From Candidatus Latescibacterota bacterium (lineage in GTDB: Bacteria > Latescibacterota > UBA2968 > GCA-2709665): 64,000 nucleotides of DNA. Of this stretch, positions 18,098 to 27,528 are shown piece by piece. The number at the start of each line of letters is the position of its first letter. Within the stretch, counting starts at the first letter, position 1. Position numbers and translations under genes: made by a program. The notes under the pieces are model-generated. The model was not told the DNA's origin and searched no databases. It saw only the letters and a list, made by a program, of their open reading frames with translations. The stretch is taken from assembly GCA_963662665.2 (NCBI GenBank), contig CAXXJS010000010.1, forward strand, positions 384,001 to 448,000, in the 5' to 3' direction.

Positions 18098-19254
18098 AGA
18101 TCATTGGCGCAACCTGCTTCGAACTCAGGATTCCCTTCGTCGAGGCCTTCGGCCACAGCGCTTCGGTACGTTCCCGCTCGGACTCGGTCGTCGTGCGCCT
18201 GACTGCAGAAGACGGCACCGTGGGCTACGGAGAAGGCCTGCCGCGTCCGTACGTGACGGGTGAGACCGTCGAGACCTGCGTCAGCCATATAGCGCATTGT
18301 CTCTGGCCGGCCATCGCGGATTCAGACTTTCAGGCGCTGGAACCCGGCCCGGATCCCATTCGCACGCTGGATCCTGTGGGCCGGACACTGCCCGACGGCG
18401 ATGCCGGCGACGTCGTCGCGTGGAACGCGGCGAGGGCGGCGTGTGAACTGGCTTTGATCGACGTCCTTTTGCGCCGCCAGAAACTGTCTCTGGGAGATAT
18501 TCTACCGGCGAAGCGGGCTTTCGTCACCTACAGCGGCGTCATTACGGGCGGTTCAATCGACAACGCCGTCCGACTCGCGCGGGTCTGCGTGGAATACGGA
18601 CTTCGGGCCGTCAAGATCAAGATCGACGGGGAAGACGCACGCGACCGCGTCGCGGCCGTCCGCGAGGCCGTGGGACCGTCGGTATCCCTTCGAGTCGACG
18701 CGAACTGTGCCTACACGCCCGATGAAGCCGTCTCAACGCTCGCGGCCCTGGCGCCGTATGACGTCGCCTGCGCGGAGCAGCCCATTCCCCGTGGCGATCC
18801 GGCGGCGCTGGCGCAAGTCCGGTCTCTGTCCCCGATTCCGATCATGGCGGACGAATCGCTCGTGACTCCGGACGACGCGGAGGCGCTCATCGCGTCGGCG
18901 GCCTGCGATTTCTTCAATCTCCGCATTTCCAAGTGCGGCGGAATAGCCCGCACGCTGGAGATCGCGCGCAAGGCCGCCCGTGCGGGTCTGCACCTGCAAC
19001 TGGGGTGCCAGGTGGGAGAATCCGCCATCCTCTCGGCGGCGGGACGGCACGTGGCTGCACATCTGGACCGGGTTTCGTTTGTGGAGGGGTCCTACGGGGG
19101 CATGTTGCTGGTGGAAGACGTGTCTGAAGAACCTGTTGCGTTCGGCCGCGGCGGAAACGCGCCGTTGCTTCGGGGTCCGGGGCTCGGCGTCGACGTACGG
19201 GAATGCGCCCTGCACGCCCACGCGGAGTCCACGACGGCTCTTGGTGAGGGATAG
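18094..19254 (+). CDS. Enolase-superfamily enzyme (muconate cycloisomerase / dipeptide epimerase subgroup)
   Basis: GYGEGLPR, KIK, RVDAN, EQP, MADES, SKCGG, GCQVGE, PGLGV. Confidence 0.88.
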   Translation: MKIIGATCFELRIPFVEAFGHSASVRSRSDSVVVRLTAEDGTVGYGEGLPRPYVTGETVETCVSHIAHCLWPAIADSDFQALEPGPDPIRTLDPVGRTLPDGDAGDVVAWNAARAACELALIDVLLRRQKLSLGDILPAKRAFVTYSGVITGGSIDNAVRLARVCVEYGLRAVKIKIDGEDARDRVAAVREAVGPSVSLRVDANCAYTPDEAVSTLAALAPYDVACAEQPIPRGDPAALAQVRSLSPIPIMADESLVTPDDAEALIASAACDFFNLRISKCGGIARTLEIARKAARAGLHLQLGCQVGESAILSAAGRHVAAHLDRVSFVEGSYGGMLLVEDVSEEPVAFGRGGNAPLLRGPGLGVDVRECALHAHAESTTALGEG

Positions 19255-19257
19255 ACC

Positions 19258-20931
19258 ATGGGAAAACTCGTCAAGACGCTCATTCGGATGAAGGGATACG
19301 GGCTGGCGCGGAAGCTCGACCGCGCCGCCGAACGCCCACACGCCGCGCAGAACGCCTTTCTGCTCCGCCAGACAAAGGCCAACGCCAACACGGCATTCGG
19401 AAAGGACCATGGTTTCGCCGCAATCCGCACGGAAGCCGACTACCGTCGTCAGGTCCCCATCCGGGACTACGAAGGGCTGCGTCCCTACGTCAACCGGATT
19501 ATCGCGGGCGAGCAGGCGGTACTCACGTCGGCCGCGCCACGGATGCTGAACATGACGAGCGGGACCACGGGCGAACCGAAATACATCCCCGTTACGCCCG
19601 ACTCCATGCGCCTCGCCTCCGGCTTCTCCCTGGAATGGATCTATCGCGCGCTGCATGACCATCCCACGTTCCTGGACGGCGCCTTTGTGGGTATTGTCAG
19701 CCGGGCGATCGAGGGTCGTACATCAGCCGGACTTCCTTACGGCAGCGCGTCCGGGATGCTCTATCAGCGAATCCCCGGGCCGATTCGAAGCACCTACGCG
19801 ATTCCTTACGCGGTTTCCGAGATCAAGGACTACGATCGCCGTTATTTCATTGCCGCGCGCCTGGCGCTGGCCAGGCGTGTTACGTACATCGGCACACCCA
19901 ATCCAAGCACGCTTGTCCGTCTGGCCGAAACCGCAATACAAAACGCCGATGCCATTGTTCGCGCCGTTCACGACGGCACGCAGGGGATCGATTTGCCGGA
20001 CCAGCCGGAACTGGCCGTGCAACTGTCCGCCCACGTGAAACCGGACCCGGAACGTGCGCGGGTCCTGGAGGACACAGTGAGACGGACAGGGGCGCTTCGT
20101 CCTGCGGACTGCTGGCCCAACCTGAAACTCATCGGGTGCTGGCTGGGCGGCAGCGTGGGCGTTCAGGCCCGAAAGTTACCGGAATATTACGGCGACGTCC
20201 CCATGCGCGACCTGGGCTTTCTGGCCAGCGAAGGACATTTCACCCTTCCGAACCGGGACCATTCCGCCTCGGGCATCCTTTCGCTGAACGGCAACTACTA
20301 CGAGTTTATACCGGAGGCATCGTTGGATGAACGGAATCCACCGGTACTGTCCAGCCACGAACTGGAATCAGGCATGAACTACGCGGTCCTGCTGACCACC
20401 CCCGGCGGCCTGTACCGCTACGATATTCACGATATCGTACAAGTGACGGGGTTCTATCGGAATGCCCCGTTACTGGCCTTTATCCGGAAGGGCCGCGACA
20501 TGACGAGCATCACGGGCGAGAAGATGCACGTAAACCATCTGCTACTGGCGCTGGAGGAGGTCCGCCGCCGATATGACGTATCGGTGGTCGAACAGTTCCG
20601 GGTGGTGGCGAACGTGGAGGCGCGCCGGTACGAAATCTACGCGGAATTCAAGGGGGAGGTTGCGCGGGATCTGCTCAGAGACGAAGTGATTCCCCATCTG
20701 GATCGCGCGTTGGCAGGGGTCAACGTGGAGTATGCGGAGAAGCGCCGCTCGCGAAGGCTGGCGCCGCCTTGTATTCATCTGATGCGCCGGGGCTGGGCCG
20801 AAGACGAGGTGCTGCGCGCCGCGGGCGCGGGGAAGCGGGATATTCAGTACAAGTGGCGGATTCTCTGCGCCGAGCCCACAGAGGAAGACGTTGGCGCCAT
20901 ACTCTACACGCTCGAAGCGGAGGAGGAGTAG
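19258..20931 (+). CDS. GH3-family acyl-acid amido synthetase-like protein
   Basis: TAFGKDHGF, VPIRDYE, TSGTTGEPKYIP, FLASEG, YYEFIP, TTPGGLYRYDIHD. Confidence 0.9.
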   Translation: MGKLVKTLIRMKGYGLARKLDRAAERPHAAQNAFLLRQTKANANTAFGKDHGFAAIRTEADYRRQVPIRDYEGLRPYVNRIIAGEQAVLTSAAPRMLNMTSGTTGEPKYIPVTPDSMRLASGFSLEWIYRALHDHPTFLDGAFVGIVSRAIEGRTSAGLPYGSASGMLYQRIPGPIRSTYAIPYAVSEIKDYDRRYFIAARLALARRVTYIGTPNPSTLVRLAETAIQNADAIVRAVHDGTQGIDLPDQPELAVQLSAHVKPDPERARVLEDTVRRTGALRPADCWPNLKLIGCWLGGSVGVQARKLPEYYGDVPMRDLGFLASEGHFTLPNRDHSASGILSLNGNYYEFIPEASLDERNPPVLSSHELESGMNYAVLLTTPGGLYRYDIHDIVQVTGFYRNAPLLAFIRKGRDMTSITGEKMHVNHLLLALEEVRRRYDVSVVEQFRVVANVEARRYEIYAEFKGEVARDLLRDEVIPHLDRALAGVNVEYAEKRRSRRLAPPCIHLMRRGWAEDEVLRAAGAGKRDIQYKWRILCAEPTEEDVGAILYTLEAEEE

Positions 20932-20992
20932 CAGGAAGCAGATGTGAGCGGTCAGTTTTCAGCCGTCAGCTTGAAGCAAGATCGAAAATCAG

Positions 20993-21022
20993 CTCACACG
21001 AAGACGCCAGGACGCAAAGAGA
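20993..21022. repeat. Octamer-periodic intergenic repeat, copy 2
   Basis: CTCACACGAAGACGCCAGGACGCAAAGAGA; compare 14781-14810. Confidence 0.6.
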
Positions 21023-21036
21023 AACAAACGAAAAGC

Positions 21037-21061
21037 GGGCAACCACAAGGGTTGCCCCTAC
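21037..21061 (-). repeat. GTAG-type REP-like hairpin
   Basis: Minus strand GTAGGGGCAACCCTTGTGGTTGCCC. Confidence 0.7.
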
Positions 21062-21185
21062 GAACGCAATTTGCACGCGGGCGGACCCACGCGAATCCAC
21101 CAGGATGAACTCCCCTGACGACCTTCAGTCCGCACGCTGGTGTGGACGGGGCTATTGTTCGTGGCAAAAAACCGGCTCCGTGCAC

Positions 21186-22547
21186 CTACTCGCGCCGGTG
21201 AACCGTCATCGGCATCCCGTGGAGCGGCCATGTCTTCACGTCCATAGACGGTTCTACGGGATGGCCGGGAACAAGTTCAAGCCGATACTGCCGTATCGCC
21301 ATCGACAGCACAAGCGCGGCTTCCAGCATCGCGAAATTGGCGCCCAGGCAGATCCGGGGCCCGGCGCTGAAGGGCAGGTAGGCGTAGCGGGAGCGTCGTT
21401 CCGTCTGCTCCGGGGTGAATCGTTCCGGGTCGAACCTCGCCGGTTTTTCCCAGAGGGCCGGATGGCGCTGCGTGATATAGGGACTCACGAGCACCAATGA
21501 CCCTGCAGGAATGTGGTACCCGTCGATCTCGTCGTCGGCCGCGGCCTCACGGACGATCACCTTGATCGGCGGGTACAGCCGCATCGCTTCCTGGAACACC
21601 ATACGTGCGTATTGGAGACGCTGGACAGCCGCGAAAGTCGGCAGGTCTCCATTCAGTACCGAATGCTGTTCCTTCCATAACACTCCCTCCGCCTGCCGAT
21701 GTCGATCCAGCAGGTACCACGTCCAGGTGAGGGCGTGCATTGTTGTCTGATACCCCGCAACGAAGAGCGTTACCAGTTCGTCACGCAGTTGCAGCCGATC
21801 CATCCGCTCGCCGGTTTTCTCGTCGCGGGCGCCCAGCAGTACCGAGAGCAGATCCTCCTCCACGGGACGGTCTCGCCGTTCGTCTATACGCGCTTCGACG
21901 TATTGGTGGATGTCGTTCAGGCATTGCTTGAACCGGCGGTTCGCGGGCGTGGGGACGAACATGGGCGGCGCGATCAGATCGGCCGAACGCCGGTCGATAA
22001 ACCCCACGCAGTACTGGAACGCTTCGTCGATTCGCGACGTCTCATCGTTCAGGTCCCTGCTGAAGAGAATACGGACGATGATATTTCCCGTAAGGCGCGC
22101 CATTTCCTCGTCGACCTGGATCACGTGCTTTCCGTCCGCAAGGGGCTCCCAACGCGCAAGCATGTCGCGGATCGCGTTCACCATAACATTCACGAATCGC
22201 ATCGTGCCCCTGGGCGTGAATAACGGCTGCATGATCCGGTGCTGGCGCTCCCAGAGTTCTCCTTCGCTCGTAATCAGGCCTTCGCCCAGCAGAAGCTTCT
22301 GGTCGTCGTAACCATAACCCTTGAAATAGGTTCGCCTCCCTCGTACAAGTACGTGTTCGATATGCTCCGGGCGGGTGACCAGGTGCACCGTCTTGCCACG
22401 GATGTTCAGCCGGACTACGTCGCCGAAACTGGACCAGGCATCCATCAGATACCCGATCGGGTCCTTCCGGAACGGAAGCACGCAGCCCAGAAAGGGCAGC
22501 CCACGCGGTCCGGGGGCGAGGGTCCTGACGGCTGTTGGATCAGGCAT
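21186..22547 (-). CDS. Cytochrome P450
   Basis: PGP hinge, VAGYQTT (I-helix), EAMR (ExxR), PERF, FSAGPRICLG (heme Cys). Confidence 0.95.
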   Translation of the reverse strand: MPDPTAVRTLAPGPRGLPFLGCVLPFRKDPIGYLMDAWSSFGDVVRLNIRGKTVHLVTRPEHIEHVLVRGRRTYFKGYGYDDQKLLLGEGLITSEGELWERQHRIMQPLFTPRGTMRFVNVMVNAIRDMLARWEPLADGKHVIQVDEEMARLTGNIIVRILFSRDLNDETSRIDEAFQYCVGFIDRRSADLIAPPMFVPTPANRRFKQCLNDIHQYVEARIDERRDRPVEEDLLSVLLGARDEKTGERMDRLQLRDELVTLFVAGYQTTMHALTWTWYLLDRHRQAEGVLWKEQHSVLNGDLPTFAAVQRLQYARMVFQEAMRLYPPIKVIVREAAADDEIDGYHIPAGSLVLVSPYITQRHPALWEKPARFDPERFTPEQTERRSRYAYLPFSAGPRICLGANFAMLEAALVLSMAIRQYRLELVPGHPVEPSMDVKTWPLHGMPMTVHRRE

Positions 22548-22625
22548 GGTCCATCCAACCCTTGTTCAACCCGCTCCGGCAAGGCGCCGGCCTTTGATCC
22601 GGCCCACCCAGGTTGGCCGCGGGCT

Positions 22626-23900
22626 TCACTTGGGGATTTCCGAGGTCAGAATACGGGGGTCCGCCGCGGTGACGAGCACGTTGTCCTCGATACGGACGCC
22701 GCCCACATCCCGCCAGGACGCCAGTGCGTCCCAGTCGACCACTCCAGCGAAGCGTTCGCGCCGCTCAGGGTCGTCGAGCAATGCCGGCACGAAATACACC
22801 CCGGGCTCAACGGTCATCAGGTAGTTTTCCTCCAGCGGCAGGTCGATGCGCATCCGGATGCCGCAATAGACGCTGACTTCACGCCCGGCCGTCCGGCCGC
22901 CCACGTCCCGGACGCCAAGGCCGACCATGTGGCCGACGCCGTGGGGCAGGAAGAGCGAAATGGCGCCGGTGTCGAGGACGGCGTCCGGTTTCTCTCTGAA
23001 AATGCCCAGGTCGCGAAGCCCAAGTGCGATCACGGCGGCGGCGGCCCGGTGTACTTCGTGCCACTCGACCCCTTTCCGGCAGGTGGAGATGGCCTCCAGC
23101 TGAGCGGCAAGAACGAGGTCGTAGATGGCCTGCTGCCGGGGCGTGAAACGGTCTCCGGCGGGGTAGGTGCGGGTGACGTCGGCGGTGTAGCCGGCGATGG
23201 ATGCGCCGGCGTCGATGAGGACCAGGTCGTCCGGTTCCACAGTCCGGGCGCCGGGTTCGAAATGAAGCACGGCCGCGTGGGTTCCCGCGCCGACGATAGT
23301 GTCGAAGGCCACGTCGTCGGCGCCGTGCCGGTACATTTCGGCTTCAAGTTCAATGCGGATCCGGCGTTCGCTGACGCCCGGCTGTATGGTTTCGCGGGCT
23401 CTCGCGTGGCCGGCCGCGGTTGCTCCCGCCGCCCGTTCGATCAGTGCGACCTCGGCCTTGTCCTTGCGGCGGCGGACTTCGTCAAGGGAAACCTGAAGCG
23501 CCGCCACCCGTTGATGTTCGCTTTCTACGTTGTCCACCGCGGCGCCAATGACCGCGATGGGGCGGCCTGAGCGTGTGACCAGCCAACGCGGGAGTTCGGC
23601 GACGTCCTCGCCCTCGACCGTTTCCGTGCCGCCTTCCCACAGCCGTTCGTTCTGTGAAACCGGTCGCACGAAGTGCCTCCAGCCGTCCTGCGGATCATAG
23701 GCGAGTACGCCGCCCCAACGTCTGGATCCGGTGAGCCAGTAGTATTCGGGGTAGGGGACGAACGGATAGGTCTGGTCCTGCCCTCCGGGAATCTGAACCG
23801 GCTTCCCGGCGCCGAAGAGCACGATTGGCGGGTCGTCTCCGAATGCGCCGGAAGCACGCTGCCGCCTGCGTTCCAGCACGTCATTCTCGAATATGGACAT
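22626..23900 (-). CDS. Xaa-Pro aminopeptidase (M24B)
   Basis: LIDAGA, YTADVTRT, PHGVGHMVGL, TVEPG, GVRIED. Confidence 0.9.
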   Translation of the reverse strand: MSIFENDVLERRRQRASGAFGDDPPIVLFGAGKPVQIPGGQDQTYPFVPYPEYYWLTGSRRWGGVLAYDPQDGWRHFVRPVSQNERLWEGGTETVEGEDVAELPRWLVTRSGRPIAVIGAAVDNVESEHQRVAALQVSLDEVRRRKDKAEVALIERAAGATAAGHARARETIQPGVSERRIRIELEAEMYRHGADDVAFDTIVGAGTHAAVLHFEPGARTVEPDDLVLIDAGASIAGYTADVTRTYPAGDRFTPRQQAIYDLVLAAQLEAISTCRKGVEWHEVHRAAAAVIALGLRDLGIFREKPDAVLDTGAISLFLPHGVGHMVGLGVRDVGGRTAGREVSVYCGIRMRIDLPLEENYLMTVEPGVYFVPALLDDPERRERFAGVVDWDALASWRDVGGVRIEDNVLVTAADPRILTSEIPK

Positions 23901-23909
23901 GGTATCTTC

Positions 23910-24686
23910 TCAATTCGTTTTTCGGGTTGCCGCTTCGCGTTTGAAGATCAGGTTCTGAACGATTCCCTCCGTGTAGTCCACCGGGCTCGCGTTGGCGAGG
24001 GTGAATCCCTGATTGAAGAAGGCCGTTTCGATCTCTTGGGCCATGTTCTTGAACATGTACACTTCGATCAACACGGTTTTCAATCGCGCATCTTCTAGTG
24101 TCCGGGGAGCGCCGGCGACAATCTTGTCCTCGATGCCGTCGACGTCGATCTTCACGTGGTCGGGAAACGGCAGCCCGAATCGCCCGGTCAGGTCGTCCAG
24201 GGACACGGACATCGTCCCCTGCCGGTTCTGCGGCGAGAAGGGCACGGCGCCTTGCGTTACGGGTTCGCCCAGCGCATGCAGCGCCGCGCCGGGGGCAAAG
24301 GTTTTAGAGTAGAAGTGTTGTATTGACGTGCGATCCGATACGGCGATGGGATAGGCGGTGATAACCTCACCCAGACCGTTCAGCAGGATATTCCTGTTCA
24401 GTTTGGCCTGGTTCAGGGATTCCGGTTCAAAGGCGAGAACCCGCGCCCGCCCATTCAGTTTGCGAGCCGCGTACAGGGAATATTGGCCGATATTTGCGCC
24501 AACGTCGTAAATCGTCTCGCCGGGTTGGAACCAGGTATCAATCCAGTCCAGGGTATCGGGCTCTTTCTCATTGAAGGAATTCGCCCGCCAGAGTTCGTGG
24601 TTTCTGGAGCTCTCGCTTTCCCCGTCTGTTTCAACGTCGATGAGGATGGCCTGTTCCCGCACGTTGCACGTAATGGTTGTGCCCAA
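23910..24686 (-). CDS. FkbM family methyltransferase
   Basis: YDVGANIG, AFEPE, KIDVDG; TTG start with GAGG RBS. Confidence 0.88.
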   Translation of the reverse strand: MGTTITCNVREQAILIDVETDGESESSRNHELWRANSFNEKEPDTLDWIDTWFQPGETIYDVGANIGQYSLYAARKLNGRARVLAFEPESLNQAKLNRNILLNGLGEVITAYPIAVSDRTSIQHFYSKTFAPGAALHALGEPVTQGAVPFSPQNRQGTMSVSLDDLTGRFGLPFPDHVKIDVDGIEDKIVAGAPRTLEDARLKTVLIEVYMFKNMAQEIETAFFNQGFTLANASPVDYTEGIVQNLIFKREAATRKTN

Positions 24687-24756
24687 ATCTGATTCCTCAA
24701 AATGGTAGTTTTCTCAGCCGTGTCATTGTATTTTGGTAACGAAAATAGTCCCGTGT

Positions 24757-24783
24757 GCAGGGGCAGGCTTCAAACCTGCATCT
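24757..24783 (+). repeat. Degenerate REP-like hairpin
   Basis: GCAGGGGCAGGCTTCAAACCTGCATCT, resembles the GTAGGGGC family. Confidence 0.4.
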
Positions 24784-24930
24784 GTCTGTGCCTGGAGATG
24801 CCGTGAGATAAGGGTTACCGCTCGCGGCTGTCAACTGTGCACGTCGTTCCACGCCTGCGAACCGTCGGGACGGTGGAAACCGTGAACGGCATTATAATAA
24901 GGAAACCAACCGATTTTGCAAGGAGCGCGT

Positions 24931-25920
24931 ATGGGCAGGGTGTTTGGCGTCTACGGTATCGGCAATGCGCTGGTGGACATTCAGTATCGGGTAACGCCCG
25001 ACTTTCTCGCGGCGGCCGGCATTGAGAAGGGGGTAATGACATTGATCGGAGAGGACCGGCATCACGAACTCCTTGAACACCTGGGCGATGACGTTCTGAA
25101 GCGTTCGTCGGGCGGGTCGGCTGCGAATACCATGATCGCCATGGCCAATCTGGGCGGGAAGGCATATTATGCGTGCAAGGTGGCGAAGGACGCGTACGGG
25201 GACTTTTATCTCCAGGATCTGGCAGCGGCCGGAGTGGCTTCCAACCGGTTTCAGGGAGAGGGCATCACGGGCAAGTGTCTGGTCATGATCACCGACGACG
25301 CCGATCGCACGATGAATACCTACCTCGGCATTACCGGAACGTTCGGTCCGGACCAACTCGAGCCCGACATGATTGGACAAAGTGACTACCTGTATATTGA
25401 AGGGTATCTTGTGGCCTCCGATGAGGGTTTCGCCGCGGCGCTGTCTGCACAGGTCGAAGCACACGCGCGAGGAACCCGGGTGTCGTTGTCGCTGAGCGAT
25501 CCCTCCATCGTAGCCGCGTTCGGAGACCGGATGCGGGCGCTGGTGGACGGCGGGGTGGATATGCTGTTTTGCAATGAAGACGAAGCGCGGACATTTACGG
25601 GAACAGCCGAAACAAACGATGCCTGTGTCGTTCTGGAAACCAGGGTGGGTGCATACGCGGTTACCTGTGAGGCCGATGGCGCCATTTTATGGGACGGAGG
25701 GGAACGGTTTCGCTCACCGGGATTCAGCGTTGACGCGGTGGATACCAACGGCGCGGGGGATATGTTCGCGGGGGCCTATCTGTTCGGCGTCACCCATGGG
25801 CTCGACGCGGCACAGTCGGCAAAACTGGCGAACTACGCGTCGAGGTGCGTTGTGGCGCAGTACGGGCCGCGGCTGGAGGTTTCGCTAAAAGGGGAGATCG
25901 AACGGATTCTGTCGATGTAA
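24931..25920 (+). CDS. PfkB family kinase (adenosine/inosine kinase-like)
   Basis: GIGNALVD, GGSAANT, RTMNTYLG, FCNEDE, VDTNGAGDMFAG. Confidence 0.9.
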   Translation: MGRVFGVYGIGNALVDIQYRVTPDFLAAAGIEKGVMTLIGEDRHHELLEHLGDDVLKRSSGGSAANTMIAMANLGGKAYYACKVAKDAYGDFYLQDLAAAGVASNRFQGEGITGKCLVMITDDADRTMNTYLGITGTFGPDQLEPDMIGQSDYLYIEGYLVASDEGFAAALSAQVEAHARGTRVSLSLSDPSIVAAFGDRMRALVDGGVDMLFCNEDEARTFTGTAETNDACVVLETRVGAYAVTCEADGAILWDGGERFRSPGFSVDAVDTNGAGDMFAGAYLFGVTHGLDAAQSAKLANYASRCVVAQYGPRLEVSLKGEIERILSM

Positions 25921-25966
25921 GTTCGGGCCGGTGAGAACATCCCCGAATTGAAATAGAACAGATGAC

Positions 25967-26000
25967 GAGAATGCCGTCCCCTTTTGGGGGCGGTATTCTC
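25967..26000. terminator. Hairpin between convergent genes (probable bidirectional terminator)
   Basis: GAGAATGCCGTCCCC-TTTT-GGGGGCGGTATTCTC. Confidence 0.6.
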
Positions 26001-27270
26001 ATGCGTTCGCCTCCCGTGCGGCCGGTGCATTCCGGAAACCCGACATGGCCAGCGTGACCGCAACAACGAACAGGGCCGCGGTGGCGCACGTTGTACCCAC
26101 GGCGAAAGGCGCGCCGAAGCGTTCGGCCAGCGCGCCGGCACTCAGGCGGCCCGGGGGACCCGTCCCGATAGCCAACACGACACCGCCCATGGCGCGACTG
26201 CGCATGTCGTCCCGTGCCGATAGCAGGACGATGGTGCTTTGGAGAAGACCGAAGGCCGCGTGGCCGATTCCTGAGAGGATGAGAAGGCCCAGCGAGAGAT
26301 AGAAGTCGGTGGACATTGAAAATACAACCACGGCGGCGGCCATCAGAAACGAGCCGGCCGCGTAGAGCCAGCTAATTCCAACATAACGGCGGAACCTGCT
26401 CACAATCCAGAGGCCGGCGAACGCACCCACCCCGTTGGCGGATGCGAGTACGCCGAATCCGACCGGGCCCTGATGCAGGATATCTCGTGCAAACACAGGC
26501 AACAGCGTCTGGTAGGGAAAGACCAGGAAGTTCATGGTAATCGTAATGAGCGTAACACCCAGAATTGACGGGTTGCTGCGGATATAGCGCAGCCCATCCA
26601 CCGTCCGGGTCCAGTGGGAACCTTCCGTCGGCGTTCGTTCGAGGGCGGGTTGTCTGGAGAGCCGGAAAAGGATCAATAGAGAAGCCAGGGCAATTCCGGT
26701 CAGAATCAGAAAACACCCGAGGGGTCCCAGGGTCGCGTAAAGTGCCCCGCTGGAAAAGGGCCCGGCAACCCGCGTGATGTTCTGTGAGATTCCCTCGAGG
26801 AGCATGGCGTCCATGGTACGCGCTCTGCCGACCAGGTCGGGCAGCATCGACCTTCGGGCGGTCCAGTCCACCGCCCAGGTCGTTCCCATGACCAGTGCGG
26901 CGACAGCCAGATGCCAAACAGCCAGGCGGTCCGCCAGGATAATCAGGGCGATCGAAAGGGATACGGCAAGGTTGACCGCCTGGGAGAAGATGATGATCTT
27001 CCGGCGCCCGAACCGGTCCGTGAGGGGTCCGGATACGAAGCCGACCAGCAGCAGCGGGGCCATGCGGTAGAAACCGATCAGCGATACCTGCCAGGCCGAG
27101 TTGGTCAACTCAAGGACCAGCCAGCCGGCCACGATGATTTCCATCCACATGAACTGCCACCAGAGGGCGTTACTGGCCAGCAGCCGGCGATAGTCGGGGT
27201 TGTTCAGTGGCGCGAAAGCGCCGTGAAATCGGGGTGGGGTTTCGGAGGGTCCTTCGGATCGTTGGGGCAT
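25999..27270 (-). CDS. MFS transporter (EntS/DHA3-like)
   Basis: GPLTDRFGRRK, about 12 TM segments, MRSRAMG. Confidence 0.9.
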   Translation of the reverse strand: MPQRSEGPSETPPRFHGAFAPLNNPDYRRLLASNALWWQFMWMEIIVAGWLVLELTNSAWQVSLIGFYRMAPLLLVGFVSGPLTDRFGRRKIIIFSQAVNLAVSLSIALIILADRLAVWHLAVAALVMGTTWAVDWTARRSMLPDLVGRARTMDAMLLEGISQNITRVAGPFSSGALYATLGPLGCFLILTGIALASLLILFRLSRQPALERTPTEGSHWTRTVDGLRYIRSNPSILGVTLITITMNFLVFPYQTLLPVFARDILHQGPVGFGVLASANGVGAFAGLWIVSRFRRYVGISWLYAAGSFLMAAAVVVFSMSTDFYLSLGLLILSGIGHAAFGLLQSTIVLLSARDDMRSRAMGGVVLAIGTGPPGRLSAGALAERFGAPFAVGTTCATAALFVVAVTLAMSGFRNAPAAREANA

Positions 27271-27528
27271 GGAGGATTCAGCTGACGGATCGAGGCAACC
27301 GTAATGCGTGGCTCGAAATCTTTGTGTTCACGTGACGAATCATTGCCGACTTGAAATTACCGGTTTGTCCCGGTTCACTGACGTTCGCATGTTTCGCTAC
27401 AGTCATTGCCTGTGTTGTGTTCGGCAAGCCTGTGGAACCGGGTTGGCTTTGGGCAGCCGACGGATGGAATCGTAACGTCCCTCCCCGTGGAGGGAGGGGT
27501 CGAATTCCGGATTTCTTCCATGCAATCC

